A stretch of DNA of 64,000 nt, from the NCBI RefSeq assembly GCF_004765795.1, contig NZ_SBIV01000012.1, positions 1-64,000 on the forward strand, written 5' to 3'. Shown piece after piece: positions 60,791 through 64,000 of this stretch (within the stretch, counting starts at the first letter, position 1; each line of letters starts with the position of its first letter). The notes under the pieces are model-generated. The model was not told the origin of the DNA and searched no databases. It saw only the letters and a program-made list of their open reading frames with translations. The stretch is from Halorussus marinus. Its GTDB lineage: Archaea > Halobacteriota > Halobacteria > Halobacteriales > Haladaptataceae. A program made the translations under genes and the position numbers.

Positions 60791-63517
60791 TCACTCGGAC
60801 GGAACGTCCACGCCCCTGAACTCGAACCGAGCGCCGCCGTCTGTCCCCTCGGCGAGCGAGTGCTCCCAGCCGTAGGTCTCGGCGAGCTGTGCGATGAACG
60901 TGAGCCCGAGCCCGATACCGTTGGCGTCGGTCGTGTACCCCGCCTCGAAGACGCTCTCACGTTCGCCCTCCGGGATTCCGGAGCCGTCGTCCTCGACGTA
61001 GAACCCCTCCGAGTCGGCGAGTTCGCCGACTCGAACTGTCAGCCCATCGGCGTCGGTCGGGGCGGTCTCGACGGCGTCCTCTGAGTCGCCCGGAGTCCGA
61101 CGTACTGCATCAGACCGCGTCCGATGAACGTCGTCGGCCGCGGGCCGATTCTCCGTGTCGCCGTGCTCGAGGGCGTTCTGAAAGAGGTTCGACAGCAGAT
61201 GGCGGAGGTGGTGGCGCTCGGCTCGCACCCGCAGGTCCGACGCGATCTCGAGCCGACTCGCGCCGACCGAGAGGTCCGACCACGCCTGGCTCGCCACCTC
61301 GCCGAGCGACACGGTCTCCGGATCGACGACCGACTCCCCGCCTCGGGTCATGATCAAGAGCACGTCGATCATCTCCTCCATGCGGTCGAGGGCTTCTGCC
61401 ACGTCGTCGAACGCCGATTCGTCGCCGTCTCGGGCCGCCTGGAGGTATATCTGGGCGATCGAGAGCGGGTTTCGGAACTCGTGGGCGACCATGCTGGCGA
61501 AACTCTCGAGGCGGGCGTTCTGCTGTTCGAGGCGCTGTTCGCGGCGCTTTCGCTCGGAGACGTCCCTGAAGTACACCGACAGACCGGTTTCGGAGGGGTA
61601 GACGTGAAACTCCAACCACGCGTCGAGCGGCTCGAAGAAGGCCTCGTCGGTCGTCTGGCGCTGGGTCTCGGCGGCGCGTCGAAACGCCTCGTCGCCCACC
61701 GACGACCGCAGTTCCGGGACGGCCTGCCAGACGACCCGGTCCCGAAGCTCGCGTTCGCTGGCCCCGAGCAGTCGCTCGGCCCGTTCGTTCACGTAGGTGA
61801 CCCGCCACTCGTCGTCGAGCGCGAAGAAGCCGTCGTCGATGCGCTCGAACACCTCCTCAAGTTCGGCCTGTAGCTCGTCGCGCTGGCGCTCGATCTGTCG
61901 CTCGCGCTCGGCCCGATCGAGCGCGGTGTGGATGTTCGCGGTCAGTATCTTCGCGAGGTTGAGCTTCGACTCGGTGAGCCGCTCGCTCTCGGTCGACCCC
62001 GCCATGAACACCCCGTGGTCGCCCAGCGGGAGTATCATCTCGGTCTGGACCGGCGTCTCGGGGTTGTAAGCGCCCGTCTGATCGCCGACATCCTCGTAGA
62101 GGCGCGGGCTCCCCTCGCGGTACACCTCCCAGATCAGCCCTTCGCCCTCCTCGAAGCTCGGAATGTCGTCGAACAGCCGCTCGGCCGCGTCGGCGATTGC
62201 GACCGGACGGAGTTCAGTTCCGCCGTCATCGAGCAGGTGAATTCCGCTGATCGGCAGTCCGAGCACGTTCTGGGCGGTCTCGACGGCGAGCCCGCAGATC
62301 TCGGCTCTGGTCCCGGCCGCCATCAGGTCGCGGGTGACCTCCCGGAGCGCTTCGAGGGTCTCCTCGCGCTGTTTGCGCGCGGTGACGTCGCGAAACACCG
62401 CCTGATTGAGCGTTCGGTCGCCGATTTCCGTCACGCCCGCGCTGATCTCGACCGGGATCTCGCGGCCGTCGTCGCGGACGACGTAGAAGCCGTCGTCGAC
62501 CCGGGAAGCGCCGCCGGCGTCGACGTGCGATTCGAACAGCTGTCGGTACCGCTCGCGCTCGGACGCCGGATGCAACTCCGTCTGGTGCATCCCGACGATC
62601 TCCGTCTGGGGCTTGCCGAGTAGCTCCGCGGCGGCCTCGTTCGTATCGAGTATCCGGCCGGTCTCGGCATCGACGATGAAGACGGCGTCGGGTGCGGTCT
62701 CGACGAGTCGGCGGTACTTCTCCCGCGAGGCCGCGAGTTGGGTCGCCCGTCGGCGCCGCCGGGTCACGTCGCGGCCGATGCCGGCGATCGCGGCGGAGCC
62801 GCCGTCGGCGGGTTCGAGTAGCGCCCCGGAGAACTCGTAGGGGAGTTCGCGGCCGTCCGTGGTTCGGAGTGGGACCTCGATCCGGGCGCTCCCCTGCGAG
62901 CGGACGCGCTCGATGGCGTCGACGACGCGGTCGGCGTGGTCGGGCGGGATGAGGTCGGCCGGGTGGTAGCCGGCGAGTTCCGCCTCGCCGTACCCGAGCA
63001 CGTCGCTGGCTCGCTCGTTCCACTGTAGTAGCTCTCCCGACGCGTCCAGCGTGAAGAACACGTCCGGACACGGGTCGGCCGAGTCGTCGGTGGCTCCGAT
63101 CTCGGGATGGGTCGCGCCGAGACGACCCGCGCCCGGGCGCTCGGCCCGGTAGCGGGCGGCCGCGGTCTCGATGCGCCGGACCGCCAGTTCGGGGCGATAG
63201 GTTTCGGCTCGCGTGTCGACGTAGTCGGTGGCCTCCCTGGCGAGCACCGCCGCCGCCAGCTCCGGGTCGGCAGTCTCGTCGAGCACGACGAACGGGAGGG
63301 CCGGCGAGCGATCTCGGACCGCGTCCAGGAGCGTGACGACGTCACCGCCCGAGCGATCGGCCGTGGCGACGACACACGACGTCGGCGTCCGTTCGAGCGT
63401 CTCGGGCAGTTGGTCGGCGCTCGTGACCCGAACGGGGTCGAGCGCCGCGTCGGCCCCGAGTGCTCGCGGGATCGGCGACTCCCCGCCGACGTACAGTGTG
63501 TGGTAGTGATCAGACAT
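60791..63517 (-). CDS. Sensor histidine kinase (receiver-like, PAS, PAS, GAF, PAS, HisKA, HATPase)
   Basis: AHEFRNPL, NLFQNA, DDGSG, GIGLGL; PAS-PAC RDVT/RDVS motifs. Confidence 0.93.
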   Translation of the reverse strand: MSDHYHTLYVGGESPIPRALGADAALDPVRVTSADQLPETLERTPTSCVVATADRSGGDVVTLLDAVRDRSPALPFVVLDETADPELAAAVLAREATDYVDTRAETYRPELAVRRIETAAARYRAERPGAGRLGATHPEIGATDDSADPCPDVFFTLDASGELLQWNERASDVLGYGEAELAGYHPADLIPPDHADRVVDAIERVRSQGSARIEVPLRTTDGRELPYEFSGALLEPADGGSAAIAGIGRDVTRRRRRATQLAASREKYRRLVETAPDAVFIVDAETGRILDTNEAAAELLGKPQTEIVGMHQTELHPASERERYRQLFESHVDAGGASRVDDGFYVVRDDGREIPVEISAGVTEIGDRTLNQAVFRDVTARKQREETLEALREVTRDLMAAGTRAEICGLAVETAQNVLGLPISGIHLLDDGGTELRPVAIADAAERLFDDIPSFEEGEGLIWEVYREGSPRLYEDVGDQTGAYNPETPVQTEMILPLGDHGVFMAGSTESERLTESKLNLAKILTANIHTALDRAERERQIERQRDELQAELEEVFERIDDGFFALDDEWRVTYVNERAERLLGASERELRDRVVWQAVPELRSSVGDEAFRRAAETQRQTTDEAFFEPLDAWLEFHVYPSETGLSVYFRDVSERKRREQRLEQQNARLESFASMVAHEFRNPLSIAQIYLQAARDGDESAFDDVAEALDRMEEMIDVLLIMTRGGESVVDPETVSLGEVASQAWSDLSVGASRLEIASDLRVRAERHHLRHLLSNLFQNALEHGDTENRPAADDVHRTRSDAVRRTPGDSEDAVETAPTDADGLTVRVGELADSEGFYVEDDGSGIPEGERESVFEAGYTTDANGIGLGLTFIAQLAETYGWEHSLAEGTDGGARFEFRGVDVPSE

Positions 63518-63678
63518 CCTCTCGTGGCCGCAGACCGAGCGGTCGTTGGCTGGCACACCTGTTAGGCCGGTAGCGACTAAAAGCCCGTTGGGAGCCCCGC
63601 CCGGAGCCGTCCCCGGACGCGACCGCTCCCGAGGTCGGTCCGAGCGTTTAAGTGCGATCCGGCGGCCAACTCGCCGCG

Positions 63679-64000
63679 ATGGAAGCGATCGGCCCCCACC
63701 TCGCGGTCGACCCCGCGTCGACGGCGGCGACGCTCGCGTTCGTGCTCGGGGGCGTCGCCCTTGGAGCGACCAGCGGGCTGATCCCGGGACTGCACGTCAA
63801 CAACCTCGCGTTGATGTTGGCGTCGGTCGCGCCTGCGGTCCCGGGCCCGCCGCGGCTGGTCGGCGCCGCGATGCTCTCGGCCGGCGTGGTCCACTCGTTT
63901 CTGGACGCGGTGCCCGCGCTCGCGCTCGGCGTACCCGACCCCGCGATGGCCGCCACCGCGCTCCCGGGCCACCGTCTGGTCGTCGCCGGACGCGGCCGGG
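63679..64000 (+). CDS. TctA-like tripartite tricarboxylate transporter permease, partial
   Basis: GLIPGLHVNN...HSFLDAVPALALGVPD...LPGH; runs off the window. Confidence 0.8.
   Translation, partial: MEAIGPHLAVDPASTAATLAFVLGGVALGATSGLIPGLHVNNLALMLASVAPAVPGPPRLVGAAMLSAGVVHSFLDAVPALALGVPDPAMAATALPGHRLVVAGRGR

Overview
High-GC haloarchaeal (Halobacteria) chromosome, with an acidic proteome, S-layer/ArtA genes and archaeal ribosomal operons. Bases 1-~9991 are the right-hand part of a virus-like element, apparently integrated at the 3' end of tRNA-Ala(GGC) (9992-10063, minus strand); its other end and any integrase lie outside the window. The element has three parts: (i) a translationally coupled operon running from the att side through Cys-rich microproteins, a PD-(D/E)XK-like nuclease, DUF488, a C5 DNA methyltransferase and a 614-aa HTH/Rep-like protein; (ii) an AT-rich, hairpin-rich, origin-like spacer plus an AbrB-like regulator with a palindromic operator candidate; (iii) a membrane/virion module with a heavily glycosylatable, C-terminally anchored spike-like protein (pleolipovirus-like layout). 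The rest is mostly core genome: rps15-recJ-like-pcc1-rps3ae, pssA, PLD, RecJ, JAMM, ribL, arginase, divergent gyrBA/top6BA, DNA ligase, an uncharacterised type IV pilus/Tad-like operon, tRNA-Thr(CGU), trm5, dph5, artA next to the S-layer gene, DRG GTPase, rpl11/rpl1/rpl10/rpl12 and a PAS/GAF histidine kinase. All calls come from reading motifs and gene context by eye; no searches were run.
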